Shown here: positions 15,215-24,755 of the stretch, piece by piece
How positions within the stretch are numbered: position 1 is the stretch's first letter
How the letters are laid out: every line of letters starts with the position of its first letter
The notes under the pieces: model-generated
Databases searched by the model: none
What the model was told of the DNA's origin: nothing
Seen by the model: the letters and a program-made list of their open reading frames with translations, nothing else
Program-made: the position numbers and the translations under genes
Source: a virus
Lineage: Duplodnaviria > Caudoviricetes
Strand: one strand, 5' to 3'
DNA: 41,810 nt
IMG/VR virus record: IMGVR_UViG_3300011441_000003
Span: 1 to 41,810 of that record

Positions 15215-17206
15215 ATGACTATAGAATCACCAGTTCAACTGGTGACGTTCCGATCTGTACACGACTATACGAAGGAAAGAGGTTTCGATGAAACGGAATT
15301 TGAAGGTTCGGGATGGCAAGCCCTCCCTCTCGTTAAAGCGAAGGAAGCGCTTGGGCATCCGATCTTTCCAGGGGATGCAAATGCCTTTGCCTTGGTCTTC
15401 CACTATTATTTTCCCGACGGCACCCCCATGCAGTACGCCACCATCCGGGTTATCCGCTCTAGTGTCGGAACTTTTGGAGCGGATACCGCTCCAAAACTCC
15501 TTGCTCCTGGAAAGAAACCGCCGCGAGTGTACTTTTCACGGAATGTTAGATGGAGTGATCTTAAGGAGGGGAGCGAAGTACAAATCCATGAATCCGTTAT
15601 CAAGACTGAAGCAGCGATTAAAGCTGGATACGTTGCCCTCGGAATCTCAGGATGTTGGGGTTGGAGTTCGAAAATTCACCGCATTCCGCTCCTCGAAGAT
15701 TTTGGACTCCTTCCTTGGGGAGCGAAGGGACTCAAACCAGTCGTAGTTTTCGATTCGAATACGACAAGGGGCTACGCCGAATTTCAGGAACTTTTAGAGC
15801 TTGCAATTCAGCGTTTCGCCGGAGCATTCGAGCTTGAGCACCATGTTCCAGTTTCCAGACGTTGCATTCCCGCAGGACCGGGGGGTAAGTCGTGGGGATA
15901 TGACGATTGGGCTGTCTCTGGGGGAGGGAAATTCGATGGCGAACCTCAAGCGATTGATGCCGACCAATCCCGCGCGTGCCTTGAGAAGCTTAATTCGGAG
16001 TTTTCGTACGATCATGTACTGCATCGTATTATACAGCTTGCCCCTCCCCATTCCATCATCTCCATCCGTGACTTTAAGGATAAAATCAAGCCCCTGAGGT
16101 ATCAAGATTCAGAGGGGGAGCTAAAGCCCGCTTCGGAAGCTTGGCTCGTGTGGGATAAGCGCCGCGAGACGCGGGGGCCTGTGTATCTACCGGGCAGACC
16201 GCAACTCGTAGATGGAAAGATTAACTTCTGGGATGGGTGGGGTTGCGAGAGCGTGCGTGGGGATTGTACTCCATTTCTTGATCTTTTAGATCGGTGCCTT
16301 GAGCCATTCGAAGTACGGGAGTTTCTAGGATGGATGGCGTTTCACATTCAGCACTGTGATCGTAAGAAGAGTTCGAAAGTTCCGATTCTCGTAGGCCCAG
16401 AGGGAGTGGGGAAATCTGCGATTTTCCGAGTCCTAGGTTTAATCCATGGTGCAAAGAATTGCAGCTACATCAATACGGGGGAGCTAGAGTCTAGCTTTAA
16501 CTCGTATCTCGCCAGTAAGACTCTCGTAGTGGTGGATGATTTCACTAAGATGGATGGGAAAACTAATGCCCGACTTCGTAATATCGCTACTAACGAGACG
16601 ATTCGGGTCAATTCTAAATTCACTCCGGAGTATGAGATTCAAAACACGGCGGCCCTAGCCTTCACTGGGAATGAATATGACGGAGTTAAGATGGATGAGG
16701 ACTCACGTCGCTACTTCGTTGCGCGTATGACGCCTAAGGCTGCGACTGATTGGCCCGCTTTTTGGAAGTGGGCGGAGACTGGTGCTTCAGCACTCCGCTT
16801 TCACCTCGAAACTCTGGATGTGTCGTATTTCGAGCCTTATTCTCCAGCTCTTATGACGGAGGGGAAGAAAGTGATGGCGACTGCATCCCAAAGCAGCCTT
16901 CACGAGTGGTTGCGAGATGTAAAGGAGCATATAGGAGAGCGTAAATTCTGCACAAGTCGCGAACTTGATTTTCTTTATGTTCGTTCAGGTGGTGGAGGAC
17001 AGGATACTACCCCTAATCGGGGTAAGGCTATCAGCGATTGGTTGGCAGCTCATGGGTATAATCTGGCTTCGGAGAAGAAAATTAAGATTGATAACGTCAC
17101 CACGCGGGTTTGGGCGATAAATACCACGGCAACCGGCTGGGCCCCTGACATGATACTTGCGGATATTCGTAAATTCCCTTTAATGGGTCCGGCTAAGGCT
17201 GAGTAG
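15215..17206 (+). CDS. Primase-helicase (DUF3854/Toprim-like N-terminus plus DUF5906/SF3-like helicase)
   Basis: IHESVIKT...GISGCWGW...VFDSN...GYDDW; Walker A GPEGVGKS, Walker B VVVDD, FTGN, DSRRYF. Confidence 0.88.
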   Translation: MTIESPVQLVTFRSVHDYTKERGFDETEFEGSGWQALPLVKAKEALGHPIFPGDANAFALVFHYYFPDGTPMQYATIRVIRSSVGTFGADTAPKLLAPGKKPPRVYFSRNVRWSDLKEGSEVQIHESVIKTEAAIKAGYVALGISGCWGWSSKIHRIPLLEDFGLLPWGAKGLKPVVVFDSNTTRGYAEFQELLELAIQRFAGAFELEHHVPVSRRCIPAGPGGKSWGYDDWAVSGGGKFDGEPQAIDADQSRACLEKLNSEFSYDHVLHRIIQLAPPHSIISIRDFKDKIKPLRYQDSEGELKPASEAWLVWDKRRETRGPVYLPGRPQLVDGKINFWDGWGCESVRGDCTPFLDLLDRCLEPFEVREFLGWMAFHIQHCDRKKSSKVPILVGPEGVGKSAIFRVLGLIHGAKNCSYINTGELESSFNSYLASKTLVVVDDFTKMDGKTNARLRNIATNETIRVNSKFTPEYEIQNTAALAFTGNEYDGVKMDEDSRRYFVARMTPKAATDWPAFWKWAETGASALRFHLETLDVSYFEPYSPALMTEGKKVMATASQSSLHEWLRDVKEHIGERKFCTSRELDFLYVRSGGGGQDTTPNRGKAISDWLAAHGYNLASEKKIKIDNVTTRVWAINTTATGWAPDMILADIRKFPLMGPAKAE

Positions 17207-17371
17207 GGTTGCCGTGCTGTCGCACGGCAACCTCGGCAACTTTAGTCTGCATAGTGTAAAGTTGCCTTGGTTGCCTTGGTTGCCTTGAAATTATATTATG
17301 AATGTATGTACCCCTAGGTTATGCGCAGGTATGACAATAAAAGCATGGCAACTCGGCAACCCTCGGCAACC
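17207..17371. promoter_or_regulatory. Probable replication origin: nine GGCAAC/GTTGCC iterons around an AT-rich core
   Basis: GTTGCC at 17208, 17261, 17270, 17279; GGCAAC at 17226, 17235, 17347, 17355, 17365; AT-rich 17288-17310. Confidence 0.75.
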
Positions 17372-17508
17372 AAAAGGGCCTAATTCAGACTAAATGCGTC
17401 GGTTGGCGACCCCGACGCGGCCCTAAGCGGCCAACGCAGAACTCGTGTCTGAGAGTGGGATTTGGCGATTTCCGTCTTATTGATGAGTAGAGGATGAGCA
17501 AGAGAAGG

Positions 17509-17583
17509 GGACGAAAGTAAGCGCCCACTTCGAGGACGAAAGTAAGTGCCCACTTCGGAAGGACGAAAGTAAGCGCCCACTTC
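17509..17583 (+). repeat. 3 x 23-bp direct repeat
   Basis: GGACGAAAGTAAGYGCCCACTTC at 17509, 17534, 17561. Confidence 0.95.
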
Positions 17584-17602
17584 AACTGTTACAATTTCCC
17601 GC

Positions 17603-17631
17603 TTGCGTTCCGTTGATCGCTGTGGCATACT
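17603..17631 (+). promoter_or_regulatory. Sigma70-type promoter
   Basis: TTGCGT-N17-CATACT. Confidence 0.65.
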
Positions 17632-17674
17632 TGGGTCACCGTGGCAGCCTGCCGCGGATTTAAGGAGAATGAAG

Positions 17675-18022
17675 ATGGGTAAGAAAAACCGGGACCAGAT
17701 TGCGAAGCAAAACCCCGTCGCGCAACCAGTGGAAGGTTCGCCGATGGAAGAAGCGCAGTTCGAAGTGGCCGAAGTGGCCGAAGTGGCCGAAGTGGCCGCG
17801 CCGACGAGTGGCGTGCTGGTGCTTGGCGCTAAGGCGCCAAAGCACCGCGTCGGGCATACTGGCGCGGCATGGGCTGTCATCGTGCCCCTGCTTCCGTGCA
17901 GCGCGGCCAAGCTAGCCGAGTTGCCCGAGCTGAAAGTGCCGCAGTGCGGCGGACCCAAGGGTAACGGGATGTTGTATGTCGGCTACGCCATCCGGCGCGG
18001 CTGGCTGGCACGCCAAGCGTAA
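17675..18022 (+). CDS. Monocistronic hypothetical protein (115 aa)
   Basis: AAGGAG 7 nt upstream of ATG 17675; (GAAGTGGCC)x4 encoding (EVA)4; own promoter and terminator. Confidence 0.8.
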   Translation: MGKKNRDQIAKQNPVAQPVEGSPMEEAQFEVAEVAEVAEVAAPTSGVLVLGAKAPKHRVGHTGAAWAVIVPLLPCSAAKLAELPELKVPQCGGPKGNGMLYVGYAIRRGWLARQA

Positions 18023-18035
18023 GCGCTTACTACCG

Positions 18036-18065
18036 ATGCCCGGCCTACGTCGGCCGGGCATTTTC
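18036..18065 (+). terminator. Intrinsic terminator
   Basis: ATGCCCGGCC-N6-GGCCGGGCAT followed by TTTT. Confidence 0.85.
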
Positions 18066-18155
18066 ACGTCTGGCATCGTCGTGCCGATGACGAAGACCCC
18101 CCGGTATGCCGCCCCCTTTCACACGCACAAACATTTCCACGGGACGCCGGCCATC

Positions 18156-18220
18156 GGGGAGTCAAATTCGAAACTCTGGGGAGTCAAATTCGAAACTCTG
18201 GGGAGCCAAATTCCTACTCT
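18156..18220 (+). repeat. 3 x about 22-bp tandem repeat upstream of terS
   Basis: GGGGAGTCAAATTCGAAACTCT twice plus a degenerate third copy. Confidence 0.93.
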
Positions 18221-18237
18221 TAAGAGTACGGTTTAGC

Positions 18238-18266
18238 TTGCAATCCTACGCGCGTAAGTGTAAACT
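18238..18266 (+). promoter_or_regulatory. Sigma70-type promoter for the packaging/structural arm
   Basis: TTGCAA-N17-TAAACT, ending 8 nt before the terS ATG. Confidence 0.6.
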
Positions 18267-18274
18267 CCCGTACT

Positions 18275-18622
18275 ATGGGACAAATCGTTGAGTTTATCCC
18301 CGCTGCGACTGCGGAACAGGAGGCGACGCTTGAAGCTCTAGCGAAGGAACCGAACCTTAAGTTCCTTAAAGTCTTTCCAAAGAAGGGGGTTCTCAGCCGT
18401 ACCGCAGTCATAGAGGCATTCCATGATGCGTTCCAGCAAATCGGCGGGGTGAGTAGGTTGAGTCTCTGGGCGGACACTCACCCAGAAGAATTCTTCAAAC
18501 TCTACGCACGCCTCCTTCCACCCTCCAGCCACCCCGACCTAGATGGGAGTAGGGAATTCATAGTCCGCCATATTCTCCCGCCCACTGCACTGGATGGAGT
18601 AGAGGTGAAGAGTGGAGAATGA
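18275..18622 (+). CDS. terS: Probable terminase small subunit
   Basis: AFQQIGGVSRLSLWA..HPEEFFKLYARLLP motif; position upstream of terL. Confidence 0.7.
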   Translation: MGQIVEFIPAATAEQEATLEALAKEPNLKFLKVFPKKGVLSRTAVIEAFHDAFQQIGGVSRLSLWADTHPEEFFKLYARLLPPSSHPDLDGSREFIVRHILPPTALDGVEVKSGE

Positions 18623-19712
18623 CGAACTACGGGAGTGGAACCCAAAGCATCCGAGGCTTAAGCAAGTCGCGGACATCATCCGCGACATGGCGTTGTACCG
18701 CTCCAATCTTCAGGGGCTGCTCAAACCGACTGCAGACGTCTTAGAAGGTCTCAGCTATGGAGATCGTCTGACTACAGGGAGCGGAGAAACTACGCACCTC
18801 AAACCTGAGGTCTTAAGCGCGGCGAGCGACGTTTCAAATCTAATTCCAGGGAAAGCTCTAGGGGGAGCTATGGCGAGTATCGGTCCTATAGGACTTCGTA
18901 ATCTCGGGGACGTAGGGCTGTGGAAAAAGTACCTGGAAATCAAGCAGGCACTCGGGAAGACGAAACCTAAAGAGTGGGCGCTACAGAAGGAGATCGTAGA
19001 ATCCAATCCTGGGTGGTTCGCCGTCCCACGAGGACGTGATGCGGATCCCACCCTCCCCCATGTGAAGTTCGGATATGAGATCCCAGAGGCGGAGCTGATC
19101 ACACCAAGAGATGCGGGAGCCGCGGATATTCTAAAATCCACGTATGATTCCCCCCGCCACTACAAAGCGTACCCCGGTTTAGAGAATTACTGGGTCAGTA
19201 GAGAACCCGGAGTAAATTCAGGACGCTTCAATGCCAAGAATAATGAAATAGGTCTTGGCCTTCATACTTCCGAGCAGGAACTGCTCAAAACTTTGAACCA
19301 CGAAATAGCACACTACGTTCAGTTTAAGGAGGGCTGGCCCTCGGGAACTAGCCCTGGAGGAGCGGAAGTCGCCTTACGAAGAATTGGGGCTCTAAAGAAC
19401 GAAGTGGGTCTAGAGGGGTTGCCCTCAGGACTTCGAAGGCAAGCGGACATCGCCGATCTCATGCGAGCCGGAAGACCAAAGGCTTGGGCTCACGTGGAGT
19501 ATCGCCGCGCGGCGGGAGAGCAAATGGCGGAGGCAGCAGCAAAGTCTGCGGCTAAGGGCGGAGGTTTAGTTCCAAAGATGTACACATCAACGCCAGCACT
19601 GATGTACGACCCTGCCGTGCAGAGTCGCTCGATCTTAGAATTGACGAAGAAACTCGACGAAGCGCAGTATCGGAAAGACTTGGCAGACGAAATTCAGAGG
19701 TTGCTGAAGTGA
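18612..19712 (+). CDS. LPD23-like / zincin metallopeptidase-motif protein
   Basis: KFGYEI...YKAYPGL...TLNHEIAHYVQFKEGW..G...YRRAAGE. Confidence 0.7.
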   Translation: MENDELREWNPKHPRLKQVADIIRDMALYRSNLQGLLKPTADVLEGLSYGDRLTTGSGETTHLKPEVLSAASDVSNLIPGKALGGAMASIGPIGLRNLGDVGLWKKYLEIKQALGKTKPKEWALQKEIVESNPGWFAVPRGRDADPTLPHVKFGYEIPEAELITPRDAGAADILKSTYDSPRHYKAYPGLENYWVSREPGVNSGRFNAKNNEIGLGLHTSEQELLKTLNHEIAHYVQFKEGWPSGTSPGGAEVALRRIGALKNEVGLEGLPSGLRRQADIADLMRAGRPKAWAHVEYRRAAGEQMAEAAAKSAAKGGGLVPKMYTSTPALMYDPAVQSRSILELTKKLDEAQYRKDLADEIQRLLK

Positions 19713-21016
19713 AGCAAGTCACGATTCCCTACGAACCTAGGGCTCAGTTTCTTCCCTTTCACGGAAGAAACCAGCGTTGGGCCTGTCTTGTCTGTCATCG
19801 TCGCGCGGGGAAGACTGTCGCTACGGTCAACGATTTGATTACGAAGGCGCTGTACTCTCAGAAGGAAAGAAGTAGGTATGCGTACATCGCCCCTTTCTAC
19901 TCCCAAGCGAAGCAGATCGCCTGGGACTATCTGAAGCACTACGCGAAGGAAGTGGCGATTAAGACTTCGGAGTCTGCACTCTCCGTCGACCTTTTCAATG
20001 GAGCAAGGATAACCCTATATGGTGCGGATAATCCGGACGCCTTTCGCGGTCTGTATTTCGACGGAGTTGCGGTCGACGAATACGGAAACTGTCGCCCTAA
20101 TCTCTGGTCCGAGATTTTACGCCCTGCGCTTGCCGATCGGCAAGGTTGGGCGCTCTTCATTGGAACTCCGAATGGTCCTAACCACTTCTACGATGTCTGG
20201 GAGGAGGCGGGAGCGAACGAAAAGTGGTATCGCTTTATGCTCAAGGCTTCGGAGAGCGGTATAATTCCGCAGGAAGAATTAGACGAAATGAAATCTTCCA
20301 TGCCCATTGACGAGTGGGAGTCGGAAATGGAGTGTAGTTGGTTCGCCGCGGTGAAGGGCAGCTACTACGGAACAGAAATACAGAAAGCGAAGATTGGGGA
20401 TTTCCCCTCCGTGCCCGAAGTAGAGTCGCATTATGTCTTTGATCTAGGCTACACTGATACTACAGCGGTCTGGCGCTGGCAGGAGTTTCCGGATCATGTG
20501 CTAAACACTTTAGCTGCCGAGTGGAATGCCCGTAGTATCGACTTCTACATAAATTGGCTTCACGCTCAGCGTGAAGCAGGGTTCAGGATTGGTAATGTTT
20601 GGCTTCCCCATGATGCGAGGGCAAAATCGCTACAGACTGGGCGTTCCATTGTCGAGCAGTTCTTAACAAACGGGGTGAGACCGAGACTGGTCCCCACTCT
20701 CAGCATTCAGGATGGAGTTTCCGCTGCGCGTATGATGTTTAAGCATCAAGTTTTCGATGAGAGTGGGTGCTACGAGGGTCTTAAGGCTCTAAAGTCCTAT
20801 AAGCGGGAATTCGACGAAGAAAAGAAGGCGTTTAGGGATAAACCCCTGCATGATTGGAGCTCCAACTTCGCAGACTCCTACCGTTATAAGAGTTTAGTGG
20901 AAAGAATGCAGAAAGTCAAACCTGCGATTGAGCCTGCGAAACCCTTTGCAGTCCCTCTTCACTATTCATTCACTATGGATCAAGCGTGGAAGTGCGCTCC
21001 TGGGAGACGTAGATGA
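19709..21016 (+). CDS. terL: Terminase large subunit
   Basis: HRRAGKT, RGLYFDGVAVDE, IGTPNG, nuclease FDLG...LPHD...HDWSSNFADSYRY. Confidence 0.96.
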   Translation: MKQVTIPYEPRAQFLPFHGRNQRWACLVCHRRAGKTVATVNDLITKALYSQKERSRYAYIAPFYSQAKQIAWDYLKHYAKEVAIKTSESALSVDLFNGARITLYGADNPDAFRGLYFDGVAVDEYGNCRPNLWSEILRPALADRQGWALFIGTPNGPNHFYDVWEEAGANEKWYRFMLKASESGIIPQEELDEMKSSMPIDEWESEMECSWFAAVKGSYYGTEIQKAKIGDFPSVPEVESHYVFDLGYTDTTAVWRWQEFPDHVLNTLAAEWNARSIDFYINWLHAQREAGFRIGNVWLPHDARAKSLQTGRSIVEQFLTNGVRPRLVPTLSIQDGVSAARMMFKHQVFDESGCYEGLKALKSYKREFDEEKKAFRDKPLHDWSSNFADSYRYKSLVERMQKVKPAIEPAKPFAVPLHYSFTMDQAWKCAPGRRR

Positions 21017-23313
21017 TTAAGTACGGAGTGAAATACTGGCAGGCTCAAATTAAAGACTCTCAGAAGATGCTGGAAGAGTTTCACACTGCGGGGGACAGGG
21101 TAGTCGCCGAGTATTTAGACTCAGAGGAAGCTGCGCGGAATGATGAGGGGTTGGATGCTCGGAAAATCAACATGTTCTGGGCAAACATAGGTATTCTAAA
21201 GGCGGCACTCTATGGAAATCCGCCAAAGCCGCTTGCTTCACGTGAATTTCAAGATCCTGAAGATGACGTGGGCCGTGTGGCTGCTTCGATCATGGAACGC
21301 CTTCTGAGTACTGGTCCGAACGGCAGCGGAGTGGACATGCACGAGGCTTTCCAGCACTCCGTAGAGGATAGGCTAATCCCAGGAATGGGGCAAATCTGGC
21401 TTCGCTATGATGCGAAGGTCTCAGAAGTAGAGATTCAACCCGGAGTGCTCGGGAAGCAGATTACGGATGAAAACGTCTGTACTGACTATGTGTACTGGAG
21501 AGACTTCTTCTATGGTACAGCGCGGGTTTGGAAAGAAGTTCCATGGGTGGCTAGAAGAGTTTGGATGACTCCAGATCTTATGGAGACTCGCTTTGGAAAA
21601 TCTAAGGTCAAGGACGTACCGCTCGTAGTTCCAGATGAAGGAAAAGCACGCCCTGCAACTTCTACAGAGGAGGACTCGGGGGCTAAGAGAGGTGAGGTCT
21701 ACGAAATCTGGTGTAAGACTACGAGGAAAGTGCATTGGGTCGTTTTAGGCTTCGACACGATGTTGGATGAGAAACCTGACCCACTTCAGCTCCCGAACTT
21801 CTTCCCCTGCCCCCGCCCTCTGCTCGCCAATACGACTACGAAGAGATTGATTGGCCGCGCTGACTTTACAATGGTAAGAAGTCAGTACGATCAGTTGAAT
21901 CAGATTAATATACGCCTCGGCTATCTTATCGATGCGTGCAAGGCCGTCGGTGTGTATGATAAGACCGCCGATGGTGTTTCTAGGATGCTTAATCAGGGGG
22001 TTGAGAACCAGTTAATTCCGGTCGATAATTGGGCGATGTTCGCCGAGAAGGGTGGGATTAAAGGGGTAGTGGATTGGCTCCCCATTGAAGCCATAGTCAT
22101 AGTGATTGAGAAGTTGAGGGAGCAGCGCACCGACGTAGTGCAGCAAATCTATGAACTTACGGGAATAAGCGACATAATGCGGGGGGTTACGAACGCAAGG
22201 GAGACTTATGGAGCGCAGCAACTGAAGGCACAGTACTCTAGTTCCAGACTTCAGCTTTACCAGATGCAAGTAGGCTCCTTCGTAGCTGAGGCCATGGACA
22301 TCAAGGCTATGATCATCTCTAAGCACTTTCAACCGCAGACTATCGTGCGTAAGTCTTTGGTGATGTTCACCGCGGATGCTCCATACGCGGAGCAGGCAGT
22401 TCAACTTATTAAAGATTCGTGGGAATTGATGTACCGCATTAATATCTCCAGTACTCAAATGTCCATTCCTGACTATAATGCCGAAAAGCAGATGAGACAG
22501 GAATATGTAACCTCTATGGGGCAATTCGTGAGTCAGATTACGCCCCTCATTCAACAAGTACCGACGGCAGCGCCGTTCATGCTTAAGATTCTACAGTGGG
22601 CAGGCGCTAGCTTCTCCACTTCTGGCGGCGTCGAGACTTTGTTTGACAATTACATACGCGCAGTTGAGAAGCAACTTCAGCAACCGCCTCCTCCAGATCC
22701 TGAAGTGGCGAAACAACAAGCTGAAGCGCAGACAAAGCAAGTTCTTGCTCAGCAGGAAGGGCAGGCCAAGCAAAGTCTGGCGCAGTTCGATGCCCAGACG
22801 AAGCAAGCTCTCGCTGGAATTGAAGCGAAGGTTAAGTTTGAACTTGCTCAACTTGAGACTGCGAGCAAAGAAAGAATTGCAGAAGAAGATAATAAAGTTA
22901 AGCTTGCCATAGCGGAGGGTAAGCAGATGGATCTCTTAGTGGATCAAGCTCAGGGGTTGGAAGAGCGGGAGCGAGATCTTGGAGCTGCGAAAGGAGAAGC
23001 GGAACTTCAAAGTCGGGCATCAGAGATGCAGATACAGCACATCCTCGACTCGGCTATGCTTGAAATTAAGAAATTGTCTGGTGATCACGAGCTGAGGGTG
23101 AAGGAAAGTATAATTAAAGCGAAGGCTGAAACTGAGACTGGAGAGGCTAAAGGTGAAGTGGATGGTATGAAGAAAATGCACGCAGATCTTATAAAGTCTG
23201 TGGAGCAGGTGGTGCTAGGTCTTCAGGGCTTGCAATCTGACAAGGGCAAGCGTAGTATAAGCATAACACTCCCCGATGGTGGGAAAGCTAGTGCAGAAGT
23301 TACTAAAGGATAG
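21013..23313 (+). CDS. Portal protein with long C-terminal coiled coil
   Basis: 766 aa directly after terL; FFPCPRP, IYELTGISDIMRG; P22-like helical tail. Confidence 0.9.
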   Translation: MIKYGVKYWQAQIKDSQKMLEEFHTAGDRVVAEYLDSEEAARNDEGLDARKINMFWANIGILKAALYGNPPKPLASREFQDPEDDVGRVAASIMERLLSTGPNGSGVDMHEAFQHSVEDRLIPGMGQIWLRYDAKVSEVEIQPGVLGKQITDENVCTDYVYWRDFFYGTARVWKEVPWVARRVWMTPDLMETRFGKSKVKDVPLVVPDEGKARPATSTEEDSGAKRGEVYEIWCKTTRKVHWVVLGFDTMLDEKPDPLQLPNFFPCPRPLLANTTTKRLIGRADFTMVRSQYDQLNQINIRLGYLIDACKAVGVYDKTADGVSRMLNQGVENQLIPVDNWAMFAEKGGIKGVVDWLPIEAIVIVIEKLREQRTDVVQQIYELTGISDIMRGVTNARETYGAQQLKAQYSSSRLQLYQMQVGSFVAEAMDIKAMIISKHFQPQTIVRKSLVMFTADAPYAEQAVQLIKDSWELMYRINISSTQMSIPDYNAEKQMRQEYVTSMGQFVSQITPLIQQVPTAAPFMLKILQWAGASFSTSGGVETLFDNYIRAVEKQLQQPPPPDPEVAKQQAEAQTKQVLAQQEGQAKQSLAQFDAQTKQALAGIEAKVKFELAQLETASKERIAEEDNKVKLAIAEGKQMDLLVDQAQGLEERERDLGAAKGEAELQSRASEMQIQHILDSAMLEIKKLSGDHELRVKESIIKAKAETETGEAKGEVDGMKKMHADLIKSVEQVVLGLQGLQSDKGKRSISITLPDGGKASAEVTKG

Positions 23314-23316
23314 AGT

Positions 23317-23499
23317 ATGAACACTGACTGGCCGGTGGTCTGTAAAGTGTTCAATGATGATTCGTGTAGTCCAGTTTGCCTCTTCTTAAAGGGCACGCCG
23401 GAGGCCGCGGATAAAGAGTGTGGGTTAATTCTTGGGAGGAATCCACGCCCAGAGGATTGTCCGCAGTTTGAAGTCTTTAAGCGTTTGTATTTTTCATAG
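23317..23499 (+). CDS. Small Cys-rich hypothetical protein (60 aa)
   Basis: Fills the gap after the portal; 5 Cys. Confidence 0.5.
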   Translation: MNTDWPVVCKVFNDDSCSPVCLFLKGTPEAADKECGLILGRNPRPEDCPQFEVFKRLYFS

Positions 23500-23508
23500 G
23501 AGACTACT

Positions 23509-23964
23509 ATGTCACTTTGGGCAGCAACAGCAGAATCCGCAGCGGTTCCTGCAACTATGGCGACGATTTTGGAAGTTAATCCTCCTGCGGGGCGAAGAGT
23601 TGTAGTTAGCGAAGCCTCTATCACTTTCAGTGGAGTTTCTTCAACAGATGTTCCAGTTCTTGTTCAAACTTGTCGTGTTACTGCGGCATCTGCCGCTGGC
23701 ACTGCTGTGACTCCAGCGGATCAGCAGGACTCTGGAGGTACAGTACTCGCCGCAGCGAAGAAACTCCCAGCTTCTGAGGGGACAGTGGTTATTCTCAAAA
23801 CTTACATGGTTCCGCCATCTTCGGGGTTAGTAATTCAATATCCTCTTGGGAGAGAGCCTCGCGTAGAAGGAGCAGCAGCGGCAGCGAAGGGTTACTCTAT
23901 TCGAGCTAACCGTGGAGCTGGCGCGGCGATCAACTCCGATGCTAATGTTGAGTGGGAAGAATAG
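23509..23964 (+). CDS. Putative virion beta-sandwich protein (151 aa)
   Basis: AGGAGA RBS; Ala/Val/Thr-rich beta pattern ending VEWEE. Confidence 0.75.
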   Translation: MSLWAATAESAAVPATMATILEVNPPAGRRVVVSEASITFSGVSSTDVPVLVQTCRVTAASAAGTAVTPADQQDSGGTVLAAAKKLPASEGTVVILKTYMVPPSSGLVIQYPLGREPRVEGAAAAAKGYSIRANRGAGAAINSDANVEWEE

Positions 23965-24089
23965 CCTAACGTGTCTGAGACTCCCTTTTGCCGCTTAGAG
24001 CAGTATGGGGGACAACCTCCAGGCTTCAGGTTTCTGCTAGTAGTAATGGCGAGTATTCGTGTTGTCGAAACTTGTATGGTTGTGAACTA

Positions 24090-24743
24090 ATGGCTATTGT
24101 CCAAGCTGTCGCGGCTGTAGAAGATGGAGTTGGAGGTCCGAAGGACGTAACTATTGCAGCTACAGGATCAGGCAACCTACTCGTGGTAGTTGCATACTCT
24201 CGCGGAAGCACTATCCTCGATCCTCCAAGCGCTCCCACTGGTTCCTGGGTTTCTGGAAACGATCTAGACTGCGAGCCAGCCTCAAGTATGCACTTGAGGA
24301 TTTTCTGGTTGCCTAACATCTCAGCTGGCATCACCACAGTTACATGGACTCCTGTAACTGGCGACAACGGTTTCATGGTGTACGAGCTATCTGAGATGGA
24401 CACTGTCACGCCGCTTGATGTACAGACAGCTGGGACGGAGGCGACATCTACAACCCCAACCGACGGCGATCTGGTTCCTACAAGTCCTGGTGCCTGCATG
24501 ATAGTGGGGAGTGTCATTCCTGCAGACGTGGGAGGGTGGACAGAAGGCGCTGGTTTTACGGATCTGCTTACTGGAGCATTAGTTCAATTCGCAACGGAGG
24601 CGAAGGCGAATATCTCAGCGAGCACGACTGGAACTTTTACGCTGGCTGGCAGCGCGAGCTGGGGGATTATATCGGTAATATTTAAGGTTCCCTTTGTGGC
24701 TGGTGGTTTTGGCAGAAACCCTCAAATTAAAGTGTATGCTTAA
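24090..24743 (+). CDS. Putative virion beta-rich protein (217 aa)
   Basis: MAIVQ...SGNLLVVV...; Thr/Gly/Ser-rich; start moved to ATG 24090. Confidence 0.75.
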   Translation: MAIVQAVAAVEDGVGGPKDVTIAATGSGNLLVVVAYSRGSTILDPPSAPTGSWVSGNDLDCEPASSMHLRIFWLPNISAGITTVTWTPVTGDNGFMVYELSEMDTVTPLDVQTAGTEATSTTPTDGDLVPTSPGACMIVGSVIPADVGGWTEGAGFTDLLTGALVQFATEAKANISASTTGTFTLAGSASWGIISVIFKVPFVAGGFGRNPQIKVYA

Positions 24744-24755
24744 GAAAGGTAGATT

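Noticed and set aside
17480-17525. Hammerhead ribozyme (TGATGAG...GACGAAA)
   Set aside because: The core reads UUGAUGA rather than CUGAUGA, stem II would be about 2 bp, and GGACGAAA is simply part of the DNA repeat.
17509-17583. Mini-CRISPR array (given the Cas4-like gene)
   Set aside because: The repeats are separated by only 2 and 4 bp, so there are no spacers. The Cas4-like nuclease sits in a standard phage replication module and no other cas genes are present.
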